DNA from: Candidatus Poribacteria bacterium
GTDB taxonomy: Bacteria > Poribacteria > WGA-4E > WGA-3G
Length of the DNA: 64,000 bases
Direction of reading: 5' to 3'
Assembly (NCBI GenBank): GCA_963663765.2
Contig: CAXXUA010000003.1
Location: 416,001-480,000 of the forward strand
Below are positions 1-9,970 of this stretch, in pieces. The position numbers were made by a program, and so were the translations under genes. Positions within the stretch are counted from its first letter, which is position 1; each line of letters opens with the position of its first letter. The notes beneath the pieces were generated by a model that ran no database searches, had not been told where the DNA came from, and was given only the letters and a program-made list of their open reading frames with translations.

Positions 1-120
1 TCCAGTTGCATTGTTAGTGTGCCCGCCGTTTGCGTCAGTTCGACCGCCATGTGTGTATGCATACACCGCTATAAATAGAACGCCCAGTAAAACCAATAAA
101 ATAAAAGACCATTTATACAT
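1..120 (-). CDS. Secreted YHYH-domain-like protein, 5' part (runs off the window)
   Basis: Manual translation MYKWSFILLVLLGVLFIAVYAYTHGGRTDANGGHTNNATG: signal peptide followed by an HGGRTDxxGGH motif. Confidence 0.65.
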   Translation of the reverse strand, partial: MYKWSFILLVLLGVLFIAVYAYTHGGRTDANGGHTNNATG

Positions 121-215
121 GTTGTTCCTCTTTGTTTGTCGGTGTTATATTACATAACACCGTATCAAATGTCTTTGAATCCCATTATAATACGGTGTTT
201 GTTCTCTGTTTTTAA

Positions 216-479
216 TCATTCAGGTTTTAATACTTCCAAAAGATTACCTTTTAGATCAGCTTTTACTGCAATCGTATTTGTAACAATAGCATTATAGACG
301 TTTGTTCCTCTATATTTCATCTCTATTATCCGGTAGTCCTCCTTTTTGTTTGATTGGAATGATTTAGGATTATGCATGCTCTTTTTGACGAACTCAACTG
401 TGGTTAAATGACTGCCATCAAATAAAAATTGCTTTGATAATTGGATAAACTCACCTTTTATAGCAGTGGCTTTCGATAT
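216..479 (-). pseudogene. Hypothetical protein remnant with no start codon
   Basis: Open frame ...KQFLFDGSHLTTVEFVKKSMHNPKSF...YRGTNVYNAIV...; in-frame stop immediately upstream. Confidence 0.35.
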
Positions 480-512
480 TGCTTAACGTTTCGGTATGAA
501 ATTACGCTTTTA

Positions 513-778
513 TTAGGTTTTATACTCGTTTCTCCGATCATGCAAATCTTTGTGACAATATTCACACAGAGCCACGAGTTCAAAGAGCGGTTCATTTCCA
601 ATATGGTGATAGCGTTTGTGATGGACAACTTCCGCACGCGATCCGCAGATGCAGAGGTAGTCATCTCGTTTGAGAACCTCTTTCCGTTCTTTTTCCACTC
701 TGCGGATTGGATATAAAGCGGATAGTATTTGTTCCAGTCCTTTGATATTAAGCCTGCCCAGTCTATTGTTTCTGCCAT
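513..778 (-). pseudogene. HNH endonuclease split by a frameshift
   Basis: Frame 1 gives ...YPLYIQSAEWKK; the other frame gives ERKEVLKRDDYLCICG...VHHKRY...LVALCEYCHKDLH. Shift at TGGAAAAAG. Confidence 0.65.
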
Positions 779-867
779 TATTTGATAATAAATGTCACTT
801 CATAAGGTTCAGGGGCAGAACCTTGAACAAAAAAATGAATATGTTCGCTTGTTTCCATATATCTTTT

Positions 868-1032
868 CTATGTTAAAAGGTGGGTACAACCAGTAAATAG
901 CATAATTATTATGATCATCAATATTATTGCTATTAACCCGAATAATGACACAAGATTCCAATTGCCGCGTAGTTTAGCCCCTCTGGTTAGAAATGCAAAC
1001 ACGACAAAACAGATCATCAAAATTGTCTTCAT
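868..1032 (-). CDS. Small two-TM hypothetical membrane protein (second copy 7871-8035)
   Basis: Manual translation MKTILMICFVVFAFLTRG...LFGLIAIILMIIIIMLFTGC. Confidence 0.35.
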   Translation of the reverse strand: MKTILMICFVVFAFLTRGAKLRGNWNLVSLFGLIAIILMIIIIMLFTGCTHLLT

Positions 1033-1282
1033 ATATACGACTCGTTCTTTAAATTATTCTGATATTTCTCAAGAATATATCAGGACAAATGCAAAGTACG
1101 CCTGAAATATAATTATAATTGAACGCAATTGTGACGAAGTATAACATGAACCGTGAAGAATTACGATAAAGTCTTAACAATCCCCACACATGCGTCCACG
1201 CATATACGCACATCTGAACATGTGCAGCAACGCACAAACGCATGTCCGCATATGTGCGTATCCGCACATATCGAGATGTCCG

Positions 1283-1390
1283 ATGAAAACAATAGCACTT
1301 CTCTCGAGAAAAGGTGGGACAGGTAAAACGACACTTGCTATACATATACCAGTCGCAGCAGAAAAGACAGGACATACCGCAGCCTTGTCA
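1283..1390 (+). pseudogene. parA: ParA family ATPase N-terminal stub (second copy starts at 8286)
   Basis: MKTIALLSRKGGTGKTTLAIH, deviant Walker A; resemblance lost after ~35 aa. Confidence 0.75.
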
Positions 1391-1668
1391 GATGAAAACG
1401 CTCATCGGCTGGACAGACGGATATGGAAATAATGAAAAAGCGTATGGTCTGGGGGATCGTAAAAAAATAGACATGACCATAGAACTCGCGGATGGCAAGA
1501 TACATTTACAGCCACATCTCGAATTTCCACTTGGCAAGAATCACAAGGTCTGAATAGATACATAACGCCATTAGTACGTATCAGGTGGTAGAGTATACAA
1601 ATGCATTGGTCGGAGGTAGGACGCTGAATAAGTCTTTTGAGAAATGGGAAGTTAGTGCGTAAAAAAAC

Positions 1669-1697
1669 TTGCATTCAGGATAAAATCGTGATATAAT
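1669..1697 (+). promoter_or_regulatory. Sigma70-like promoter
   Basis: TTGCAT-17 nt-TATAAT. Confidence 0.6.
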
Positions 1698-1703
1698 TGT
1701 TAA

Positions 1704-1772
1704 TCAGAAAAGGCTGGACGGGTAACTCAGTAATTTTCAGTAATTATGGGGTTACACGTCTAGCCTTTTTTG
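1704..1772 (+). ncRNA. Candidate small RNA: long hairpin ending in a U-tract
   Basis: AAGGCTGGACG...CGTCTAGCCTTTTTT directly downstream of the promoter; no ORF. Confidence 0.35.
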
Positions 1773-2019
1773 TTATCATGATTTTATGTTTTGATATTTT
1801 GCCAAAAATTAGAACAAACTTTATGTTACCCTTTTTTATTCTGCGTTAAATTAGTAAAATTTCTAAAAAAGCACATATCTTTTGTAATCTTAAAGTGGGC
1901 TAATCGTTTTTATAGGTAAAATCATTTCATTTATTCGTGTTTTATTATATTTTTCAAAATAGATGTCGACATGAATGACACCTATTTGAAAATTCAAACG
2001 TTATTATATGTAAGTAACA

Positions 2020-2335
2020 GAAAAGCAAGCAGACTGCGCTAACGATCTGCTTGCCTTGACGTTCTTTTTTAAAGGAGGTGAACTTATATGTTTGCCCAAG
2101 TGGGCCTGTATGTTCGGATTGATATCCATCCCCGCTTTTACTTGGCTGTGCGAGCGGTGGTTGGGTTCTTCCGAAAAGTCATCGGGACATTAATGTTGCA
2201 TTGACGTTCCCGATCGTAAATTTCACCTTAAAGGTTAAGGCACTGCAACTAAAATACTATTGGGACATGCCCCATGTTGGACATGGACCATGCAGTTAAG
2301 GTGCCTTAACTGACACACATGAAAACGTCTAAAAA
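2020..2335. ncRNA. Candidate structured RNA / type I TA-like locus
   Basis: At least five hairpins plus long-range pairings 2058-2065/2322-2329 and 2068-2086/2217-2232. Confidence 0.5.
2088..2204 (+). CDS. 38-aa hydrophobic/cationic peptide
   Basis: SD AAGGAGGTG then MFAQVGLYVRIDIHPRFYLAVRAVVGFFRKVIGTLMLH. Confidence 0.4.
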   Translation: MFAQVGLYVRIDIHPRFYLAVRAVVGFFRKVIGTLMLH

Positions 2336-2512
2336 TCCGAATAGATACAATATTATTACAAGAAATAAAGAATGTTTTACAAGAAATCTGGTGTATATTT
2401 TACTGTATCGTTAATCCGCTTGCAAGTGATTTAATGTCGTCTCTACCTAACTAATCTGACACTGCTTAACGGTTCGGTATAAACACTTACTTTTAGCTCG
2501 GAACTTTTACTA

Positions 2513-3028
2513 ATGGAGATACCAATGTTAATAGCTTCAATTACAACAGCCATTGCGACAGGGATTCTTGCTGTATTTACTGGATTTTACGTGTTTTTTA
2601 CATATAGATTGATGAAGGAAACAAGGCGAATGGTAGATGAAATGACCAGACCGGATGTAGCTATCTATTTCAAAAATGAAAAACCTGAAAAAACACAAAG
2701 TATCTATTTTAAGATCTGTTTCTGTATAAAGAATGTTGGGACACATACTGTCCGTAAAGTAAGATTTGAAGGCGATCTTGCTTTTAAACCTCAAGATAAA
2801 GCCATTGGGGATATTCGATGGGTTAAAAATGGTATAGAAGTACTTCTACCATCGGAAATGCATTCCGACAGTATTTATGTAGCAACTATTCCGAAACAAC
2901 ATAGCGAGTTTTATGATATTAGTGACTCAAAAGCAAATATTAAGGTAATATATGAAGATATTTTTAGGGGAAAACAATGCTTTGATCAACAACTTAATTT
3001 ACATGAAATAGATGTGTACAAACAATAA
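2513..3028 (+). CDS. Hypothetical protein with N-terminal TM helix
   Basis: 171-aa ORF, hydrophobic N-terminus. Confidence 0.7.
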   Translation: MEIPMLIASITTAIATGILAVFTGFYVFFTYRLMKETRRMVDEMTRPDVAIYFKNEKPEKTQSIYFKICFCIKNVGTHTVRKVRFEGDLAFKPQDKAIGDIRWVKNGIEVLLPSEMHSDSIYVATIPKQHSEFYDISDSKANIKVIYEDIFRGKQCFDQQLNLHEIDVYKQ

Positions 3029-3056
3029 CCGAACAACTTTACGAAGGAGATTTATT

Positions 3057-3392
3057 ATGTATCCGATAAGACCAAACTTCAATCCGTATAGGACAAGGTA
3101 TTGTACATTCAGTGGTATAATAAATACCTATGTCCAGACTGTGGACGGTAGAATACTCAATCTAAATAACTTTGCTGGCATTAGTATTGAACAGAGTAAC
3201 TTAATGGTTGTTCTGAAGCACCCCTTGCCAGAGTCCGTATTTCCGCTTATCAAATGTATTATTTCAAGTTACAAAAATAGCACGGATGCAAATAATGCCT
3301 ACTACTCTCTTTGTGCAGCTATCCAAAGAGGTTATCCGTTTTGGAATGTAAATTGGCTAAACCAATATATACCGTATAAGATGATTTTTTGA
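3057..3392 (+). CDS. Hypothetical protein
   Basis: AAGGAG SD before ATG 3057, inside ORF 3012-3392. Confidence 0.55.
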   Translation: MYPIRPNFNPYRTRYCTFSGIINTYVQTVDGRILNLNNFAGISIEQSNLMVVLKHPLPESVFPLIKCIISSYKNSTDANNAYYSLCAAIQRGYPFWNVNWLNQYIPYKMIF

Positions 3393-3486
3393 GACATCCG
3401 ACGTTGATTTGCTACTTGCTATAATTTATAGGGTAACTCATGTTTTATGAAACTATAGGAAGAAACGGAAAACTGTTATATATGAT

Positions 3487-3831
3487 TTGGAAATCATCCA
3501 GCATGTTGTAATAGAAACCGATAACCCTGGGAATGACGAAATACCTGATTATAAGGGAATACAACTTGATGATGCTGACCTTGCAAACAAAATCTGTAAT
3601 GAATATAGAATCTCACCAAGTAAACTAATTTGGATTAAGTATTTTCCTGAGCAAAAAGAAAATGATACAGAAAGCTTTAATCTAATCATATTCAACATTG
3701 AAGATCGAGTATTAAGGAGTTTCCCTCGTTGGATAGGTATCAGTCGAGAAGTTGCTGAAGCTTTTAAAAAACAGGCAAAGGAATTAGAGTTAAACTTAGC
3801 ATTAATGGATAAAAAAGAGGCTGAGGTATAG
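3487..3831 (+). CDS. Hypothetical protein
   Basis: 114-aa ORF. Confidence 0.5.
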   Translation: MEIIQHVVIETDNPGNDEIPDYKGIQLDDADLANKICNEYRISPSKLIWIKYFPEQKENDTESFNLIIFNIEDRVLRSFPRWIGISREVAEAFKKQAKELELNLALMDKKEAEV

Positions 3832-3835
3832 AACT

Positions 3836-4105
3836 TAATGCAAAACACCGGTGTCTTTGAGTTTTTGTTTTAGCTGTTCTTGGGTGCCGCTGCCTTTGGT
3901 GGAATTACACGCGCCACAGAGTAGTTGCAGATTATCTATCCCATTTATATCCCCAAACAATCTCATTCCGAAAGTTATGTGTTCCGAATACACTACCCAT
4001 TACTAATTTCAAGTAGTGACTTGCGGTTGGATCGCAATGTAGGTAAATGCTGCCGGTGGGTTTTAGGATGCGGCGCATTTCCAGCATACGTATTCCCTTC
4101 ATTAT
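3836..4105 (-). pseudogene. Remnant of a DNA methyltransferase-HNH fusion, internally deleted
   Basis: Manual translation: MRRILKPTGSIYLHCDPTASHYLKLVM..NFRNEIVW (N6/N4 MTase motif) abutting DNLQLLCGACNSTKG (HNH end). Confidence 0.7.
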
Positions 4106-4487
4106 GAGGTGTTTCGAGCAGATGATGCCCCAGCATACAAATTGCCATCTTCAACAACCCTTCTCGCTTCAAGCCAATATATGCCAACTTCTTCTGGCCA
4201 GTGTTCAGGAGATCGTTCTGTCCGTCTTGCCTGAGGTATAACGATTGAGTTGTGGATATTCCCATACTCACTGGCAGACCAAAATACCAAGACATATCCT
4301 GCACAATTCCCACACATAAGTGTATCAAAATTTAGTTTCTTTGCTGAATTCGGTTTTTCTTTTCTTCATGATGTGCAGTTTCAAAGATACCATTCTCCAT
4401 ACAGAAAGGACAAGTGATATTGAACGTAGACAAACTACTTCCCGTATAGCCTGATTCACCAAATCGCCACAAACTATGATTCTTCAT
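4102..4487 (-). pseudogene. DUF4145-like protein, frameshifted and truncated
   Basis: MKNHSLWRFGE..ITCPFCMEN.. / KKLNFDTLMCGNCAGYV..PEHWPEEVGIYWLEA; shift in an A-rich run. Confidence 0.45.
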
Positions 4488-4496
4488 ATAAATCTC

Positions 4497-5207
4497 CTAT
4501 TTTATATTTAGTATTGTCAACTTCTCGGCTAAGACTCTCAGGTTTATAGATTTTTGTTGTATAAAACTGTCCCAAGAATTATAGCATCGAATAGATGCTT
4601 TTTCAGGTTTTGGAGCGTCTTCAGTGTCTATCAATTTCAAAGTTAAGTCTTCCATTGTTCTTTGTATTTTCTGTGCAGTAGGGTAGTCTGGGGAGGCAGG
4701 AATTTTATGTGCATCAATAAAACCTCGACAGAGATTGTTAGGGTTGTTTTTAAGGTTAGTTTTCCAATGCCTCCTCTCGTGTATTTCTGTATCTGTTCCT
4801 CCAAAATTAACCCGTTGATGTTCAATGTCTGATGCCCAACGTTCAAAATCATCAGTTAACTTTGTAAATAAAGAACATGATACTATAAACAAGTCAAGAT
4901 CCGAGTCAATATCGTGGAAAGGAGTGCCAATCTTACAAGGGACAAGAGATTTACCTAAATGTGCGCTTCCTACCAACCCTATTTCTTTTGGTTTCACTTC
5001 TAAGCGTTCTGTAATCCAACAACGAAGTGAATCATATATTGCTGGACACTTTAAAAAAACAGACGGTATTCCTTCAGATAGCCATAGTCTTGCAATTGCA
5101 TCTTGGGCATCTTTACCACCTTCAAGGGCTACTTCTAGTAACAACTTTGGATCAGGATAGTGTTCACTCAATTTTCGGAGTGGTGCTACTATTTCAAAAG
5201 GTTTCAT
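4497..5207 (-). CDS. Pol-beta-superfamily nucleotidyltransferase-like protein
   Basis: hGS motif (GLVGSAHLG) followed by SDLDLFIVS (DxD). Confidence 0.6.
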   Translation of the reverse strand: MKPFEIVAPLRKLSEHYPDPKLLLEVALEGGKDAQDAIARLWLSEGIPSVFLKCPAIYDSLRCWITERLEVKPKEIGLVGSAHLGKSLVPCKIGTPFHDIDSDLDLFIVSCSLFTKLTDDFERWASDIEHQRVNFGGTDTEIHERRHWKTNLKNNPNNLCRGFIDAHKIPASPDYPTAQKIQRTMEDLTLKLIDTEDAPKPEKASIRCYNSWDSFIQQKSINLRVLAEKLTILNIK

Positions 5208-5805
5208 TATGAGATTCCTGACAACGTGTTAGACTTTTACTCATATTATCGTATAGTCTTATTAGATGACGAGCTCTACGTAGGATTTTCGCATAGTGTT
5301 CAGTACTACATTCTCGAGGTTCTGGATATTTTATTCGGGCTACAAGTTTAGCAGCTTCAAACACGTTTATAGATTTTGGATCAATGTCCAATTTTGTACA
5401 AGCCTGCTGAAAATTGTTCATCCTCCAACCATAGTAAGCGACCCATAAGTAAAGTATTGGCAATCGATCTCGCGAAACATATCGCGTTATACGGATAGCA
5501 AAATAAATTTCAATAATTTTTCGACTCAACGTCTGTTCATTACGACCTGTGACTGCTCTGACTAATTGCATGGCAATTGTTGAACCGCCTTGTCTTATTC
5601 CGCAGATGGATGTTTTCCAGAATGCTCTACAAAGAGCAAATAGGTCAACGCCAGGGTGTTGATAAAAGCGATGGTCTTCACCAGCAATAAGGAGTTTACA
5701 CATTTGGTGTGTTGGAATGGGCAAATCAGTTTGAGCGATTTCTAACTCCAGTTTTTTGATTGATTTATACAAGTGTTCCCATTGGGCTTTAATTGGTACT
5801 CGCAT
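5194..5805 (-). CDS. Stand-alone peptidoglycan transglycosylase (GT51) domain protein, no TM anchor
   Basis: EDHRFYQHPGVD, GGSTIAMQLVR and RKIIE motifs. Confidence 0.85.
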   Translation of the reverse strand: MRVPIKAQWEHLYKSIKKLELEIAQTDLPIPTHQMCKLLIAGEDHRFYQHPGVDLFALCRAFWKTSICGIRQGGSTIAMQLVRAVTGRNEQTLSRKIIEIYFAIRITRYVSRDRLPILYLWVAYYGWRMNNFQQACTKLDIDPKSINVFEAAKLVARIKYPEPRECSTEHYAKILRRARHLIRLYDNMSKSLTRCQESHNETF

Positions 5806-6277
5806 TAGGCTAATCCATATACAATTATTCTAAGATCGTAATAGAGCTTAAGTTTATATTGTCCCGTTAACTTCCAAAGTTTTACCTCTCATGATCTTGC
5901 GACTTTCAGACACTTGTACAAAGTAAATAATCCACGTTTTAGGTGTTGTATCTGGTAATTCCATTGATACCTCCACATAAAATTATGTTAACAATAATTA
6001 CGAAGTATAGCATGAACCGTGAAGAATTACGATGAAATAATTAACATTCCGCACACCCACATATTCGCACATGTGCAGCAACGCACAAACGCATATAGGC
6101 ATGTCCGCATATGTGCGTATCCGCACATATTGAGATGCATTTGGATTGTCAACCTCCAATTGTTTATGCCGTATTATTGTACCGAGATATAAAAACACGC
6201 CTCATATTTATTAATTTCTTTACAAGATCCACAAGTTAAGTTATATTATTGACTATTGAATATAATATCAACACATA

Positions 6278-7073
6278 ATGAGGGGACGAATGCAACAACA
6301 GCCATTACTTGATTTCGGCACACACAGAACAACTAATCCTAAACTACAGTCCGTATTAGATTATATAGACGAAAAATCCACTTCATCCGCAAGAAAAGGC
6401 ATACTTTTTGAGCGTTTAATGCGACAGTATTTCCTTACAGACCCAGTCTATAAGGATCAATTCACTGAAGTATATCTTTACAAAGAGTGGGCATCCTTAG
6501 ACTCATCACGTAATCCACGAGATTTGGGCATTGACTTGGTTGCAGTAAAACTGGATGACACCTTCTGTGCAATTCAGTGCAAATGCTACGCACCCACAAC
6601 TCGCATATCGAACCCCGATATTGACTCATTTATAGCAGAGTCAAGCCGCTCGCATTTTACAGCACGAATCATCGTTGATACCGGTGGCAGTTGGGGCGAA
6701 AACGCTAAGGCAGCTATAAGAGGCATAGAACCTTTTCTGGGAAGAACAACCAGAACATTTCGTATTAGGAACAAAAACAATGAAATTCGCTGATGAGCGT
6801 AAGACAGTGCTTATTCTCAATGAACATGTCGGCGTATCTGGCATCCCAGAGGCAGCACACTAATACGTTGTCAATGGCAGGACACCTCTTGAATGGTTTA
6901 TTGATAGATACAAGGTAAAACAAGATAGAGAGAGCGGAATTGTCAACGATCCCAATGGGTGGTTTGAAAATCCACGCGATATTATCACAGCAATAGAACG
7001 CATTATCCATGTGAGCGTTGAATCAACAAAAATTATTGAAAGTCTCCCTCAAATAGAATGGGAAAACACATAG
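6278..7073 (+). pseudogene. Type ISP (LlaGI/LlaBIII-like) RM enzyme, internally deleted
   Basis: N-terminal Mrr-like nuclease (GILFERL..DLGIDLVA..AIQCKCY) joined to a C-terminal remnant YVVNGRTPLEWFIDRY..SGIVNDPN with an internal stop. Confidence 0.8.
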
Positions 7074-7107
7074 CCAAATTAAGTAATTTAAATAAAATGA
7101 GGTAAAT

Positions 7108-7485
7108 ATGAATATCGAAACTGTGGAAACTTTGTTATCAACGAACAATCAAGACATCTATGGTGCAAGGGGATGGCGAGCTATGGTTGAAGTCGCTATT
7201 ATAGACTTTTTAGCAAACAATCCTTCAAGTTCAATAGAATTCAGAACACGGGATATACACACTAATTATGGTAATTGGTTACAAGAAATATTCCCAGATA
7301 ATACAACAATAGAAGCAACTACGAATGCTACTTTAAGCGATTTGGTTGATGTCCATAAGCAAATAGAGAGGATAGAGACTGGCAGATACAAACTTGTCGT
7401 AGGTGAACGTTTATATATACGAGTGGAACTTCAAAAAAGTAAGCGGAAACTACAGGCAATAAATGATATACTGTCAAGTCCATAG
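7108..7485 (+). CDS. Winged-helix protein resembling the DpnI C-terminal domain
   Basis: EFRTRDIH..LQEIFPDNTTIEA..LSDL..IERIETGRYK pattern. Confidence 0.45.
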   Translation: MNIETVETLLSTNNQDIYGARGWRAMVEVAIIDFLANNPSSSIEFRTRDIHTNYGNWLQEIFPDNTTIEATTNATLSDLVDVHKQIERIETGRYKLVVGERLYIRVELQKSKRKLQAINDILSSP

Positions 7486-7531
7486 GTTTGAATTAACACA
7501 GGTTATGTTAACTCACCAGCCGCCTTATTCC

Positions 7532-8522
7532 TTTCTCCGATCATGCAAATCTTTGTGACAATATTCACACAGAGCCACGAGTTCAAAGAGCGGTTCATTT
7601 CCAATATGGTGATAGCGTTTGTGATGGACAACTTCCGCACGCGATCCGCAGATGCAGAGGTAGTCATCTCGTTTGAGAACCTCTTTCCGTTCTTTTTCCA
7701 CTCTGCGGATTGGATATAAAGCGGATAGTATTTGTTCCAGTCCTTTGATATTAAGCCTGCCCAGTCTATTGTTTCTGCCATTATTTGATAATAAATGTCA
7801 CTTCATAAGGTTCAGGGGCAGAACCTTGAACAAAAAAATGAATATGTTCGCTTGTTTCCATATATCTTTTCTATGTTAAAAGGTGGGTACAACCAGTAAA
7901 TAGCATAATTATTATGATCATCAATATTATTGCTATTAACCCGAATAATGACACAAGATTCCAATTGCCGCGTAGTTTAGCCCCTCTGGTTAGAAATGCA
8001 AACACGACAAAACAGATCATCAAAATTGTCTTCATATATACGACTCGTTCTTTAAATTATTCTGATATTTCTCAAGAATATATCAGGACAAATGCAAAGT
8101 ACGCCTGAAATATAATTATAATTGAACACGATTGTGACGAAGTATAACATGAACCGTGAAGAATTACGATAAAGTATTAACAATCCCCACACATGCGTCC
8201 ACGCATATACGCACATCTGAACATGTGCAGCAACGCACAAACGCATGTCCGCATATGTGCGTATCCGCACATATCGAGATGTCCGATGAAAACAATAGCA
8301 CTTCTCTCGAGAAAAGGTGGAACAGGTAAAACGACACTTGCTATACATATACCAGTCGCAGCAGAAAAGGCAGGACATACCGCAGCCTTGTCAGATGAAA
8401 ACGCTCATCGGCTGGACAGACGGATATGGAAATAATGAAAAAGCGTATGGTCTGGGGGATCGTAAAAAAATAGACATGACCATAGAACTCGCGGATGGCA
8501 AGATACATTTTACAGCCACATC
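7532..8522. repeat. ~990-bp direct repeat, copy 2
   Basis: Near-identical to 529-1518. Confidence 0.95.
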
Positions 8523-8701
8523 GGCAAACATCACATGGCAAGAATTGCAAGGTATGAATAGCAGACACTATGCATTGCTGAGCGCGCTTGCCGTAAACTT
8601 TTAGATGTCGAGTGGGTAACACGCCAAACAAAGACAGGTGGTGGGTTTCCTGCCACCTATTATCTTTTTAATCTGAAATAATTGAGAAAATTGCCTTTTG
8701 G

Positions 8702-9085
8702 TTATGGCGGAGGGAGCATTAACATTTCCGTTTTCTTCTGTTCTGTTTGCAGCATTTCCAACAACTGTTGGCATTCGGTCACCATTTCTTTCTCGCGTGA
8801 CTTTGCATCTTCCAGTTGTTCCTTTAGGAGTTCCACCTGTTCCTCCAGGACTGCAATAACCGCCCCGTTTTCAGTGTTCCCATTTGTTCCCACTTCGTGG
8901 TTCGGGGAATTCCCATCTTCTCTCAACTGATAAACACGTTGGAGTTCTGCTATGTCTATAACCTTTTTTCCGCGTTCGTCTTTTTCAAAAGAGATTGTGC
9001 CGTTGTCCATATCTCTGTAGATGCCAGACTGCGAAACTTCAAACATTTCTACGGCTTTGGAGACTCGTAATTTTGACATTTCCAC
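8702..9085 (-). CDS. Plasmid-type HTH + coiled-coil DNA-binding protein
   Basis: Excisionase-like HTH (VSKAVEMFEVSQSGIYR..IDIAELQRVY) then a coiled coil. Confidence 0.6.
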   Translation of the reverse strand: MEMSKLRVSKAVEMFEVSQSGIYRDMDNGTISFEKDERGKKVIDIAELQRVYQLREDGNSPNHEVGTNGNTENGAVIAVLEEQVELLKEQLEDAKSREKEMVTECQQLLEMLQTEQKKTEMLMLPPP

Positions 9086-9170
9086 TTTCTCCCAACCCCC
9101 AATTGGTAATTGTCAGCGGAGTGGTGACAAAAAGATTTGGGAAAGAATTTGATAAGGTGCGATCAATTAT

Positions 9171-9476
9171 TTACTCTGGTCGTCGATCTATTTCAATCTC
9201 AACCCATGATTCCCAACCATAAATTTTGACAAACTCGTTAGTTTGATCTATCATTGTTTTTATGGTGTCTTCTATTATATCTGTTTCAACGTCTTTAGGA
9301 TACCTAACGAATAACACAAGTGTCTTTCCATCATTCTTTGGTATATAAAGCCTATTTATATCCATATTTTTTGTAATGGGAAGATCCACATACTGCATGT
9401 GTGAATTTAATAAAAGTGCTAACCATTCTAACCGAGATGGGATGTAATCTTCAAAGCCTGGTGATCTTTCCGACAT
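9171..9476 (-). CDS. Hypothetical protein
   Basis: 101-aa ORF with AGGAG SD. Confidence 0.55.
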   Translation of the reverse strand: MSERSPGFEDYIPSRLEWLALLLNSHMQYVDLPITKNMDINRLYIPKNDGKTLVLFVRYPKDVETDIIEDTIKTMIDQTNEFVKIYGWESWVEIEIDRRPE

Positions 9477-9970
9477 TGTAACTCTCCTGCATCTATTATT
9501 TAGAAATTATATTCACAATTAAGGTGACAATTACACCAAGAATGCCAATGCCACAAGCTATAATGTGATTCGTCATTGTCCGCAAAGTGTTTCTTATTTC
9601 CTTAATGTCATCTTTCAGATCTGTTTTAGCTTCTCTAATGTATTTCTCTAAGTCTGTTTTGAGTTGTGTAATATCACCTTTAATATCTGTTTTACTTCAG
9701 TAATTCGTTTTTCAACGCGCGACTCAATCTTAACTAACTCTGTGTCCGATTGTTCTTTAGATTCCTGATACCTTTTTAAGTATTCAAGTATCTCGTCTTT
9801 AGATTCTGCCATTACCTGCTCCTCATCTGGAAGTTGAACTTATATTATACTTACAATACCTTCGCCATTTTTGAGTGTTTCAGTTGAATGAGTATATAGT
9901 GTTGTTCTACCATTGCTTTGTGATATTGTTAGGATTACATAAATAAAAATAACTTCAGGTTTTCGTTGAA

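Larger units (their letters stand above)
529..1518. repeat. ~990-bp direct repeat, copy 1
   Basis: Near-identical to 7532-8522 (offset ~7003); the same ORF set is duplicated in the ORF track. Confidence 0.95.

Noticed and set aside
2020-2335. Structured region as a retron msr-msd or tRNA
   Set aside because: No adjacent reverse transcriptase; no cloverleaf or T-loop consensus recognised
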